DNA of 64,000 nt, taken from the NCBI RefSeq assembly GCF_038133525.1, contig NZ_JAYPTL010000006.1:14280-78279 (forward strand), read 5' to 3'. Origin of the DNA: Erythrobacter sp. GTDB taxonomy: Bacteria; Pseudomonadota; Alphaproteobacteria; Sphingomonadales; Sphingomonadaceae. This document shows, one piece after another, positions 1-9,024 of the stretch; the stretch's first letter is position 1, and the number at the start of each line of letters is the position of its first letter. The translations under genes were made by a program, and so were the position numbers. The notes below the pieces were generated by a model. That model worked only from the letters and a program-made list of their open reading frames with translations. It was not told where the DNA came from and did not search any database.

Positions 1-1441
1 GCTCGCTTTCGGTAGGCTTGGCGCCCCCTGCTTCGATGGTGGAGACCAGTTGGGGGACCACAGCACCGATATTGAGTGCCGAACGCTGGGCTGCTGCCAG
101 CGCCTGCTCATCGTCCCTGATAGGAACGAGTTCGAAGGAAACCTGCGCGCCATTGGCCATGTCCGATTGCCTTTCGTTCCTCATCCGGTTCACCGCGCCG
201 GAAAGGTCGACAACATAGTTCAGCGGGCCGTGATTGTGTTCGTTGTCGACGAAGAAGGCAAATGCCCCGGCGTAAGATGGAGAATCGGGCGAAGGCGCTT
301 CGTTTTCCGGCTTGTTGACGTAGACCCGTACGAAGAAGTTTTCCTGATCTGTGTCGAGCCGAACGTCGTCGAGGCGCAACACCAGCCGGTCGTTCTCGGT
401 CGACCTTTCCATCGCCGGTGCCAATGTTTCCAGCGGAAGCGTGAGCCGGGCGCGTTCTGGCGCGCGCCCGGATATCGTCACGTTGCGACCCAGGGGCTGG
501 AACTGTTCGCTCACTTTCAGTTGCTGGGTGGATCCCCGTTCCAGCACCGCCTTGAGCGAGGCTTCATCGAGCCGCCGGATATTTATTCCGCATCCCTTTG
601 GCGGTTCGTAACGATAGGTCAGCAAGGGCGCCAGGCCCATCGCCCCTACCAGGAAGTCCATCGGTTGCTGGTTGCCGTCGACGAACATATCGAGCCTGAA
701 ATTGGTATAGACGGGATCGTTCGTATTGGCCTTGCCCGAGCTGTTCCAATCGAACCACACCCGATCGATATTGCAGTGGTGGAGCCAGAAGATGGGATCC
801 AGAGGGGACATATAGGTGCCCATCGTCCCGCCAACGAAACCGTGGATGTAGTTGTGCGGTCCCTGTTCGAGCTGCCCCTGGAAGCCGCCCGCGCCGCGCA
901 ATGCGGTCGCCTTGCCGCTGCCAAACAGCTGGAAATCGGTCTGGGCAAGAATGGTATTCATGGCGGAGACGCCCACGATCGACTCGTTCGCCATGCTCGA
1001 AGAGTTTGCGCTCCGCGGACTGTAGTTGAGCACGCTTCCCGCCTGCCAGAACGGCGTCGGTACCGCACGCTGGCAGGTCCAGTTCCAATAGGGCATCGAG
1101 AAGTCCTTGTTGCCCGTCAGCTTGCGAACAATGTCGTCGAGGGCCACCAGATAGGCTCGATGCCAGGGCAGGAAGAACCAATTGCCGTGCGGGCAGGTGT
1201 TGAGGTGAATCTGGGCCTGCCGGGTCCAGTTGCGCGGATCGCTCTGCGGCAATGCCTGCATTTGGGCGATCGCGTCACGATAGGTATCGAGGATCGGGTC
1301 GTTAATCGCCAAATTGGCAATGTCCTTGCGGACCGGCCTGTTGGCAATCTTCTTCTTCAGTTCCTCGCAGCCCCCCAGGCTTGCCAAGAAAATGAGCGAA
1401 GTGCCCCCCGCCAGTACAGAACGCCGGTCCGATTTAAACAT
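1..1441 (-). CDS. Tyrosinase / polyphenol oxidase (type-3 copper), predicted Tat lipoprotein; 3' end beyond the window
   Basis: Translated by hand (not in ORF track because there is no stop in the window): MFKSDRRSVLAGGTSLIFLASLGGC, CuA region QIHLNTCPHGNWFFLPWHRAYL, CuB region GPHNYIHGFVGG...DPIFWLHHCNIDRVW. SD-like GAGGGAG precedes ATG 1441; alternative in-frame ATG at 1456. Confidence 0.93.
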   Translation of the reverse strand, partial: MFKSDRRSVLAGGTSLIFLASLGGCEELKKKIANRPVRKDIANLAINDPILDTYRDAIAQMQALPQSDPRNWTRQAQIHLNTCPHGNWFFLPWHRAYLVALDDIVRKLTGNKDFSMPYWNWTCQRAVPTPFWQAGSVLNYSPRSANSSSMANESIVGVSAMNTILAQTDFQLFGSGKATALRGAGGFQGQLEQGPHNYIHGFVGGTMGTYMSPLDPIFWLHHCNIDRVWFDWNSSGKANTNDPVYTNFRLDMFVDGNQQPMDFLVGAMGLAPLLTYRYEPPKGCGINIRRLDEASLKAVLERGSTQQLKVSEQFQPLGRNVTISGRAPERARLTLPLETLAPAMERSTENDRLVLRLDDVRLDTDQENFFVRVYVNKPENEAPSPDSPSYAGAFAFFVDNEHNHGPLNYVVDLSGAVNRMRNERQSDMANGAQVSFELVPIRDDEQALAAAQRSALNIGAVVPQLVSTIEAGGAKPTESE

Positions 1442-1845
1442 GTCGACTCCCTCCATCGTTGAGAGTGGCGCGACACGTTTCCCTATTTTTCCACTCATTT
1501 GAATGAGTTCTAATTCTCTCGCCTGGATGATAGAGAAATCGCTATTCGTGTATTGGAAATTATGGACCTGTATTTGATCGTGATCAGTTTTGTAAGTGAA
1601 CCTGATTCCAATCGACTCAAATAAGTAGCCACTTTGAAAGATTTTTTCCTACATTCTTGCGATCGGTTAGAAAGGAATGAGCTCTTTCACTTAGTAATTT
1701 CACGTAGCAGCAGGCATGCGTTATTTGCCCACATTGGTCGGTCTGGCTTGACCTTGACCACGGGTTTTTCTTCGAAGACCCTGTTCCATGTGCTCCATTA
1801 AGACGGGCTGCGTGGGGGCAATTCCTCCAACGGTCCAACAGGCTG

Positions 1846-3138
1846 CTATTCGGCCGCCTCGCGAATTGCCGGATCGAGGTGCCACACTGGTGGGTCTTCT
1901 GCGGCACGCAGGCGGGCTTCCTCGGCCTCCATGTATTCGCGTGTCATCGGAATGGCTTCGCGATCTTTCACATAGAGCAACTGCCAGTTGACCATCCCAC
2001 CGTGGCGGAAGCTTTGTTCCGCGCCCGCAAGGTAATAGAGCCACATGCGGTAGAACTGCGGATCGTAGAGTTGCTCGATCTCCTCGCGGTGCATGACCGT
2101 GCGTTTGTACCATTCCTCCAGCGTGTAGCTGTAATGGAAGCGCATCGCTTCGACGTCCATGACTTGCCAGCCGAACTTTTCGCTCTGCGTGACGAGTTCG
2201 GAGAGGGCGGGGATATAACCGCCTGGGAAGATGTACTTGCGTGTCCAGGCATCGGTGTGCCCCGGAGGGCCGGCACGGCCGCAACAATGGCTCAGCATGA
2301 CTCCCCTGGGTGTTAGCAGACGCGCGGTATGCTCGTAGAACTGCGGGTAATGCGGCGTTCCGACGTGTTCGAGCAGCCCGACCGAGCTAATCCGGTCGAA
2401 GCTGCCGGTTACGTCGCGATAGTCCATCAGCTCGAACTTGACCTTGTCGGCCACGCCCGCCTCATCGGCGCGCTCGCGGCAGAATTCGATCTGATCGGGG
2501 GCGAGCGCCACACCGAGCACCTCGACGTCGTAGTGGCGCGCGAAATAGAGTGCGAGGCCGCCCCAGCCACAGCCGATGTCGAGGATGCGCTGGCCCGGCT
2601 GGATGAACAACTTCGCCGCGAGATGCGCCTTCTTGTCGCGTTGGGCCTGCTCCAGGCTGGTCTGTGCGGGATCGGCGTCGCGATAATAGGCCATGGTGTA
2701 TTGCCGGTCCTCATCAAGGAACAGCTCGTAGAGGCGACGGGTCAGGTTGTACGTATGCTCTGCATTGCGGCGCGCCTTGCTGCGAAGGTTGATGCTGTCC
2801 GCCTTTGCCGCCAGCTTCTGCACTGCCTTGCGCAGCGGACTTTGTGCATTGATCGCGCTGTCGCCGATCCGTTTGGTGTTCGCGGTGACGAACAGGATCA
2901 GGTCACGGATATCGTGCGGATCTTCGATCTCGAGCCAGCCCCACATGAAAGCCTCGCCTGCTCCAACTTGCGGATAGCGCGCGATGTGGTTTGCCGCTTT
3001 CTTGTTGGTCAGCCGAATGCGCAGCGGCGGCTGGGCGCTGTCGGCCAATCCATATTCATAGGTCTTGCCGTCATAGTCGGTCACGATCATGTGACCGTGC
3101 GTGATCGCACGTGCGAGAAACCTGTCGAGCAGCCACAT
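1846..3138 (-). CDS. cfa: Cyclopropane-fatty-acyl-phospholipid synthase family methyltransferase
   Basis: LFLDEDRQYTMAY, LDIGCGWGG SAM motif, SVGLLEHVG, KYIFPGGYIP; AGGAGG RBS. Confidence 0.9.
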   Translation of the reverse strand: MWLLDRFLARAITHGHMIVTDYDGKTYEYGLADSAQPPLRIRLTNKKAANHIARYPQVGAGEAFMWGWLEIEDPHDIRDLILFVTANTKRIGDSAINAQSPLRKAVQKLAAKADSINLRSKARRNAEHTYNLTRRLYELFLDEDRQYTMAYYRDADPAQTSLEQAQRDKKAHLAAKLFIQPGQRILDIGCGWGGLALYFARHYDVEVLGVALAPDQIEFCRERADEAGVADKVKFELMDYRDVTGSFDRISSVGLLEHVGTPHYPQFYEHTARLLTPRGVMLSHCCGRAGPPGHTDAWTRKYIFPGGYIPALSELVTQSEKFGWQVMDVEAMRFHYSYTLEEWYKRTVMHREEIEQLYDPQFYRMWLYYLAGAEQSFRHGGMVNWQLLYVKDREAIPMTREYMEAEEARLRAAEDPPVWHLDPAIREAAE

Positions 3139-3244
3139 TCGCGGCCTCCTTTCCCAAGTAAGCCGATGAAATCAATGTGACAGCAGCGCGCCGCGAGTCA
3201 ATCGCGACGACGGGTTGGCAAGTCCTGGGGGTAGGGGTTGAAGC

Positions 3245-3985
3245 TTAGATCCCGCCGTACCACTGGTAGCCGGCGCGGTCTTCCCAATAGCCGCCCTTGC
3301 CATCGCCGATATCATCGAGGCTGGCGACAGCTTCGATCGCAGTAACGTATTTGGCCTGCTTGTAGCCGAGCTGGCGTTCGATACGCATGCGATAGGGCGC
3401 CCCGTTCTTGATCGGCAAAGGCTCGCCATTCAACTGGTGTGCGATGATGGTCTGCGGATGGTATGCGTCGATCAGGTCGATGCTCTCATAGTACCGGAAC
3501 CCTTTGTAGTCGTCTGCACAACGGAAGACGATGTACTTTGCCTCGGGCTTGAGCTTCGCGGCATCGAGCAGCAGCGAGAGTTGCGGTCCGGTCCATTCAC
3601 CGATCGCGCTCCAGCCTTCGACGCAATCGTGGCGCGTAACCTGCGTGCGCTGCGGAAGTTTGCGGATATTCTCGAGCGAATAGGCCATCGGCGTTTCGAC
3701 CAATCCGCGCACTTCGAGTTGCCAGTTGGCAAAGCTTTCTGCGACATGCTGCGGGTAATCATCATTCTGCGGATCGGTCGATCCGTTTCCGCGGAATGTG
3801 GGCGAAATGGCGCTCCGCGGATACTCCGGTGCCAGAGCCTCGCGGTTGTTGAGCAACCTGTGGGCGCCCTCGTGCCAATCCTGTGCGGCCGACAGCAGTT
3901 TCGAGCCGGCCTCACTATCGGCTACCTTGTTGCAGCCCGCGACCCACAGGGCGCCTAGTCCGGCGATGAAACCCCTACGCTTCAT
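3245..3985 (-). CDS. Molybdopterin-dependent oxidoreductase of the sulfite oxidase family (MsrP/YuiH-like), Tat lipoprotein
   Basis: MKRRGFI...VAGC signal; Mo-ligand Cys in RHDCVEGWS; NGEPLP..NGAPYRM...GYKQAKYV; GYWEDRAGY. Confidence 0.88.
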   Translation of the reverse strand: MKRRGFIAGLGALWVAGCNKVADSEAGSKLLSAAQDWHEGAHRLLNNREALAPEYPRSAISPTFRGNGSTDPQNDDYPQHVAESFANWQLEVRGLVETPMAYSLENIRKLPQRTQVTRHDCVEGWSAIGEWTGPQLSLLLDAAKLKPEAKYIVFRCADDYKGFRYYESIDLIDAYHPQTIIAHQLNGEPLPIKNGAPYRMRIERQLGYKQAKYVTAIEAVASLDDIGDGKGGYWEDRAGYQWYGGI

Positions 3986-4646
3986 GTGTCTTGCCTCCGG
4001 TGATCATGCTGCGGATTTGCTCGATCGGTTTCGAGAGCAGGACGAGCACGATGTGGACGATGAAAAAGGCGAACAACAGCCAGGCGAAGATGAAGTGCAG
4101 GCTACGTGCCGACTGCCGCCCGCCCAGCAGGTCGACCAGCCATCCAAAGCTTGGCTCCATGCCGGGGCTGATCGAGATGCCGGTAAACACCATCATCGGC
4201 AGGAACAGGCCAAGCACAACGCCATAGGCGAGCTTCTGGAGGAAATTGTACTTGCCACCAGCGTGCTCGAAATTGAGCTTGAGGTGCTCGACAATGTCCT
4301 TCCAGATCGCCTTTGGCCGCCATTCGTCGCGGGTGGTCGTGATGTCACGCTGGAAGTGACGGTTTGCGAGCATGACAATCCACATGAACAACAGGCCGAC
4401 CGCGAACGGCCAGGCCATCAGAATATGCCAGTCGCGCGCTACTGCCAGGTTATAGCGACCCGGAATGGTCATCCAATTGGGGAAGCGCGGCACGGCGTAC
4501 CATGCCATGCTGGGTGAGAAGCCCCAGTCACCCCAGTAAAGGTAGCGGTGCGCGTTGGAGATCGTCAGGCCTGACATGAACAGGGTGACGACGCAGATCA
4601 CGTTGAGCCAGTGCCACAGGCGCGTGGATAGGGCGTGTTTGGTCAT
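3975..4646 (-). CDS. Cytochrome b/b6-domain membrane protein (Ni/Fe-hydrogenase b-type-like), probable redox partner of the adjacent molybdoenzyme
   Basis: TRLWHWLN, RDWHILMAW, KYNFLQKLAY, ARSLHFIFAW heme-His motifs; four TM segments. Confidence 0.88.
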   Translation of the reverse strand: MTKHALSTRLWHWLNVICVVTLFMSGLTISNAHRYLYWGDWGFSPSMAWYAVPRFPNWMTIPGRYNLAVARDWHILMAWPFAVGLLFMWIVMLANRHFQRDITTTRDEWRPKAIWKDIVEHLKLNFEHAGGKYNFLQKLAYGVVLGLFLPMMVFTGISISPGMEPSFGWLVDLLGGRQSARSLHFIFAWLLFAFFIVHIVLVLLSKPIEQIRSMITGGKTHEA

Positions 4647-5416
4647 GCGGTGGCTCCCTCACGGGCAAGATAGATGACGTCGCGCGGCTGGCTCAGCAGG
4701 TGCTGACCGCTATCGACAAACAGGGTCTGCCCGCTGGCAAGCGTGCCGCTGGCAAGGAACAGGGCGGCCTCGGCCACTTCTTCGGGTGCAGTCTTGCGGA
4801 CGAGCAGGTTCAGGCGGTGCGAGACTTCGGTCTCCGCTTCGTCCTGGTCGTGACTTGCAAGAATGGCTCCGGGCGCAAGCCCATAGACGCGGTCTTTGGG
4901 CTGCTGCGCCCCCATTGCGAGCATGGGTACGGTTGCCGCAAGCGCGTGCTTGCTCATCGTGTAGCTGAAGAAATCAGGGTTTGGATTGGCCACCTTCTGG
5001 TCGGTGACCTGGATCACGCGGCGGCCGTCCGGTGCCTTGGCTTTCGCCAGGAATGCCTGCGCCATGCAGGCGGGGGTGCGCGCGTTGACTGCCATAGCCC
5101 GACGGTTCGCCTCGGGGTCGAGTGCGGTTACACTGTCGAATTCGAACAAGGAGGCGCAGTTCACCAGCACGCGGAAATCAGGAAGCCGCGCTGCCAGGCT
5201 TTCGATCATCTCGGTCGCAGAGGTCTCATTGGCTAAGTCGCACTGGAAAGTCTCGGCGCTTGGCAGCGAAGACGCCATCTTCTCGGCGGCCTTCGCCGAG
5301 GTGTGGAAGTGGATGACTACGTGCCATCCGGCCATGCCGAACGCTCGCGAAATGAACCCGCCGAGGCGCTTGGCGCCTCCAGTTACTAGCACGGTCGGGC
5401 GGGAGAATTCAGACAT
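4643..5416 (-). CDS. SDR family oxidoreductase, pteridine reductase/FolM-like
   Basis: LVTGGAKRLG, VVIHFHTS, LVNCASLF, YTMSK catalytic motif; ATGA overlap with the cytochrome b gene. Confidence 0.85.
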   Translation of the reverse strand: MSEFSRPTVLVTGGAKRLGGFISRAFGMAGWHVVIHFHTSAKAAEKMASSLPSAETFQCDLANETSATEMIESLAARLPDFRVLVNCASLFEFDSVTALDPEANRRAMAVNARTPACMAQAFLAKAKAPDGRRVIQVTDQKVANPNPDFFSYTMSKHALAATVPMLAMGAQQPKDRVYGLAPGAILASHDQDEAETEVSHRLNLLVRKTAPEEVAEAALFLASGTLASGQTLFVDSGQHLLSQPRDVIYLAREGATA

Positions 5417-5495
5417 GGAGTGGTGCTTTCAGCATGGGAAGCAATTCAGCATATCGTGTTGATGATGGCTAGGGCACAGGCCATGCGAAGGAGTC

Positions 5496-6344
5496 ATGGA
5501 TATGATGCTTGATCTGGTCGATGTCTTTGGGTCTGCGCCGCTTACTGGCAACCCGTTGGCCGTGGTGCATGGCGGGGAAGAGCTTGAGACGGCGGTCATG
5601 CATCGGTTGACCTGCTGGCTGGGATTCTCCGAAACGACTTTCCTCTGTCCGCCGACGGATCCGCGCGCGGACTACCGGTTGCGTATCTTCTATCCAGGCG
5701 GTGAATTGCCGTTTGCCGGGCATCCCACGCTGGGCAGTTGCCACGCATGGCTTGCCGCAGGTGGGAAGCCGAAGCGCGATGGTGTGGTGGTGCAGGAATG
5801 CGGTGCGGGACTGATCGAAATTCGTGTCAGTAGCGGGAGTTACGCGTTCCGCGCGCCGCCGCTGACTCGGACAGGGCCACTGAGCGAGGAAGAGCGTCTC
5901 GCTGCGATCGCCAGAACCGGGGTCGATCCGGAAACTGTCGTCGAAGCGGTGCACGCGAAGAATGGCCCTGCATGGCAGATCTTGCGCCTGCGCAGTGCGG
6001 CCGATGTGCTTGCCGCGAAGCCAGAGCCGACGGCGCCGGCGGGGACCGATATCGGCCTCGCCGGTCCGTGCGAGCCGGGTGCCGCCGCCGATTGGGAACT
6101 GCGAGCCTTCTTCGCCGACCATCAGGGCCGGTTTCGCGAAGACCCGGTGACTGGCAGTTTCAACGCCGGGGTTGCCCAGCACCTGTTCGATAGTGGGCTG
6201 GCGAAGGGCCACTACCGCGCTGCACAAGGCCGCATGACCGGCGCCGACGGCCTAGTCGACTGCACGCGCGAGGAGGACGGCAGCACTTGGATTGGTGGAC
6301 GCTGCCACACCATTGCGAGCCAGGCAGCGCTGAGCCGGCCGTAG
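5496..6344 (+). CDS. PhzF family isomerase/epimerase
   Basis: VDVF...GNPLAVV, GFSETTF, ELPFAGHPTLG, EDPVTGS. Confidence 0.9.
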   Translation: MDMMLDLVDVFGSAPLTGNPLAVVHGGEELETAVMHRLTCWLGFSETTFLCPPTDPRADYRLRIFYPGGELPFAGHPTLGSCHAWLAAGGKPKRDGVVVQECGAGLIEIRVSSGSYAFRAPPLTRTGPLSEEERLAAIARTGVDPETVVEAVHAKNGPAWQILRLRSAADVLAAKPEPTAPAGTDIGLAGPCEPGAAADWELRAFFADHQGRFREDPVTGSFNAGVAQHLFDSGLAKGHYRAAQGRMTGADGLVDCTREEDGSTWIGGRCHTIASQAALSRP

Positions 6345-6347
6345 ATA

Positions 6348-6377
6348 GACGGGCGCCCGTAATTGCAGGCGCCCGTC
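6348..6377. terminator. Hairpin between convergent genes, probable bidirectional terminator
   Basis: Perfect 10-bp inverted repeat GACGGGCGCC-N10-GGCGCCCGTC; no strong U-tract. Confidence 0.6.
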
Positions 6378-6396
6378 CACTCAATTTCTCAGCAGT

Positions 6397-6783
6397 TCAG
6401 CGGCACTGCAGGCTGCCGCGATCGATCTCGCGGCCGATGATGGCGCCAATCGCGCCGCCGAGGATCGCGCCAAGCGTCTTGTCGCCCCGTCCTGCGAGTT
6501 CATGGCCGGCCAGCGCACCGACGCCGGCACCGATCACCAGGCCTGTCGTGCCGTTGTCGCGGCGGCAATAGTAACGACCATCACTGCCCCGCCACATGTA
6601 GCTGTCGCGCGTGATCCGACGGGGTTCGAGGTAGTAGCCGCGACTGTCATAGATTGCGCGATCCTTGGCACGCTTGCCGTGCGCGGGCGCCCATGGCGGC
6701 GGGTCGGCGGCGGCCGGAGCAGACATGGCAAGACCGGTGAGGGTCATGGTGCCGGCTGCGAATGCAAGGGCGAGCTTCTTCAT
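6397..6783 (-). CDS. Secreted glycine-zipper 2TM domain protein (17-kDa surface antigen-like)
   Basis: Signal peptide MKKLALAFAAG..., PPPWAPAHGKR motif, YYCRRDNGTTGLVIGAGVGALAG...GAILGGAIGAIIGREID. Confidence 0.85.
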   Translation of the reverse strand: MKKLALAFAAGTMTLTGLAMSAPAAADPPPWAPAHGKRAKDRAIYDSRGYYLEPRRITRDSYMWRGSDGRYYCRRDNGTTGLVIGAGVGALAGHELAGRGDKTLGAILGGAIGAIIGREIDRGSLQCR

Positions 6784-6912
6784 CAGGGGTTCCTCATTGC
6801 GACTGTTGCATCGTCTCAACGCAATTCATCGCCACAGGGTCCAGAACCGTCCATGAACAACTGCCGTTAACCCGAAATTAGCGATGAATTGAGGGGCTGG
6901 CCGGTCGAGGCG

Positions 6913-7560
6913 TTAGACATTCAGTGACTCTCGAACCTTCGATCGCCACAGCTCGCACAACCTCTCAAGTCCCGCAATTTCCTCTAGTTCGTCGCGGCTT
7001 GCCTTGTGGGAGGGATCGTAGAGCTTGGCGAAGAGGCGCGCCACGCTCCAGTCGCCATGGCCGGTCTCGACTCTTTCCAGCGTGTCGCCCGCGCTGGCCA
7101 CGCCTTCTTCGACAACGCGATAGTACCAGCCGCAATTGTGCTGCTGGATGATCCGCTTGACCATGCCCTTGGCGCCGAAGCGGTGTTCGATCTTCCAGCA
7201 TGGTTGGCGCGGCTGGCTGACTTCGAGCAGTACCGTGCCTAACCGAAAGCGATCACCGATATGGACATCGGCCTCGACCATCCCGGCGGCATGGATGTTT
7301 TCGCCGAAGGCAGCGGGGCGGTTCAGCAGGTCATGGCCACCGAGCCATTCGCCCCATGCGGCATAATGGTCTTGCGGGTAGTGGTGCACAGCCATGTCCG
7401 GGCCGCCGTGGTGCATGGTGTCGGCGACCATGTCGCCTTCGATCCCGAAGCTGCGGATCGCGAGGGGGCCGTCGACCGGCTGCTTGTCGATTGCGCTCAG
7501 TTCGGCACCGTTGAAAGGCTTTGGTTGTCCGATGCAGAGTGCCTTCACCACCACGTTCAT
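6913..7560 (-). CDS. MOSC domain protein (YiiM-like) with C-terminal 3-alpha domain
   Basis: GDMVAD..HHGGPDMAVHHY, AFGENI, IGDRFRLG, VSQPRQPCWKI, GWYYRVVEEG. Confidence 0.9.
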   Translation of the reverse strand: MNVVVKALCIGQPKPFNGAELSAIDKQPVDGPLAIRSFGIEGDMVADTMHHGGPDMAVHHYPQDHYAAWGEWLGGHDLLNRPAAFGENIHAAGMVEADVHIGDRFRLGTVLLEVSQPRQPCWKIEHRFGAKGMVKRIIQQHNCGWYYRVVEEGVASAGDTLERVETGHGDWSVARLFAKLYDPSHKASRDELEEIAGLERLCELWRSKVRESLNV

Positions 7561-7746
7561 TTGAAGACTCCGGTTCCTACAGGATGGAACACATGGAACA
7601 CTGTCCTGAAGATTAAAGAAAACCCTCGCGTAAAGCGGCGCGATTGCGCGGCTTCAGGCTGTTTGGCGCTGGTCATGCACGCTCTTCAGCACAGGGCCTG
7701 TTTGTAGGAAAGGGGTACGCGCCGGCTGCCTTTGCCAGCTCAAACG

Positions 7747-8988
7747 TCATGCCTGCGCGGCTTCGGCGGCTTCGCGGTCCATCTGGGCGCGGCTCTTCTT
7801 TTCAGCCGCGGTCTTGAGCTGGCCGCAAGCGGCGTCGATGTCGCGCCCGCGCGGGGTACGAACCGGGGCGCTGATGCCGTGTTCGAAGACGATCTCGGAG
7901 AAACGCCTCACCCGCTCGGGCGTCGAGCACTCATAGGGCGCGCCGGGCCAGGGGTTGAACGGGATCAGGTTCACCTTAGCGGGTAGCTTGTAGTGCTTGA
8001 TCAGCCGGACCAGCTCGAGCGCGTGCTCGTCACTGTCGTTCTTGTCCTTGAGCATGACATATTCGAAAGTGATCCGCCGGGCATTCGACGCGCCCGGATA
8101 GGCGGCGCAGGCCTCGAGCAGTTCCTCGATGCCGTATTTCTTGTTGAGCGGTACGATCTCGTCGCGAATTTCCTTGGTCACCGCGTGCAGCGATACTGCA
8201 AGGTTGACCCCAATCTCTTCGCCACAGCGGTCCATCATCGGCACCACGCCGCTGGTGGAAAGGGTGATGCGGCGCTTCGACAGGGCGAGCCCGTCGCCGT
8301 CCATCACCAGCTTGAGCGCGCCCTTGACGTTGTCGAAGTTATAGAGCGGTTCGCCCATGCCCATCATCACGATGTTGGTCAGCAGGCGCCCGTCGGACGT
8401 GTAGTGCGCGCTGTCCTCTTCTTCATCGAGGCCAGCCATGCTGCCCTTGGGCCATTCACCCAGCGCATCGCGCGCCAGCATGACCTGGCCGACGATTTCG
8501 CCGGGCGTCAGGTTGCGCACCAGCTTCATCGTCCCGGTGTGGCAGAAGCGGCAATTCAGTGTGCAACCGACCTGGCTGGAAACGCACAAGGTCCCGCGAT
8601 CGGCATCTGGGATGAACACCATTTCGAAGTCGTGACCATCGGAGGTGCGCAGCAACCACTTGCGCGTACCATCGACCGAATGCTGGGCTTCGACCACGTC
8701 GGGACGCTCGATGACGAAGCGTTCGGCCAGCCAGGGGCGCATGGTCTTGGCGATGTCGGTCATCGCCTCGAAATCGGTCACGCCGCGGTGGTAGAGCCAG
8801 TGGAACACCTGCTTGGCGCGCAGCTTGGCCTGCTTGGGCTCTAAGCCTGCTTCCTCGAACAATTCGCGGATGCGGTCCTTGGGCAGGCCTATCAGGTCGA
8901 GGCGGCCGTCCGCACGCGGCGTGATGTCACGCGCGACGGGAACCGGGTCGATCTGCCCGGGGATGCTCATGAGTTGCGTATCGGCCAT
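7747..8988 (-). CDS. rlmN: 23S rRNA m2A2503 methyltransferase RlmN
   Basis: [18 protein letters not shown] radical-SAM motif, [18 protein letters not shown]. Confidence 0.96.
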   Translation of the reverse strand: MADTQLMSIPGQIDPVPVARDITPRADGRLDLIGLPKDRIRELFEEAGLEPKQAKLRAKQVFHWLYHRGVTDFEAMTDIAKTMRPWLAERFVIERPDVVEAQHSVDGTRKWLLRTSDGHDFEMVFIPDADRGTLCVSSQVGCTLNCRFCHTGTMKLVRNLTPGEIVGQVMLARDALGEWPKGSMAGLDEEEDSAHYTSDGRLLTNIVMMGMGEPLYNFDNVKGALKLVMDGDGLALSKRRITLSTSGVVPMMDRCGEEIGVNLAVSLHAVTKEIRDEIVPLNKKYGIEELLEACAAYPGASNARRITFEYVMLKDKNDSDEHALELVRLIKHYKLPAKVNLIPFNPWPGAPYECSTPERVRRFSEIVFEHGISAPVRTPRGRDIDAACGQLKTAAEKKSRAQMDREAAEAAQA

Positions 8989-9024
8989 GGGAGGCGCGCA
9001 TATAGTCGCGTGGGTCCGCTTTGG

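Noticed and set aside
50-1462. 470-aa plus-strand ORF
   Set aside because: Antisense shadow of the tyrosinase gene; no recognisable motifs
1566-1589. lux-box-like ACCTG...CAGTT upstream of the tyrosinase
   Set aside because: Spacer is 14 nt rather than 10, and no LuxR/LuxI gene is in the window
1617-1907. 96-aa minus-strand ORF in the AT-rich gap
   Set aside because: Starts inside cfa in another frame; no RBS or protein-like features
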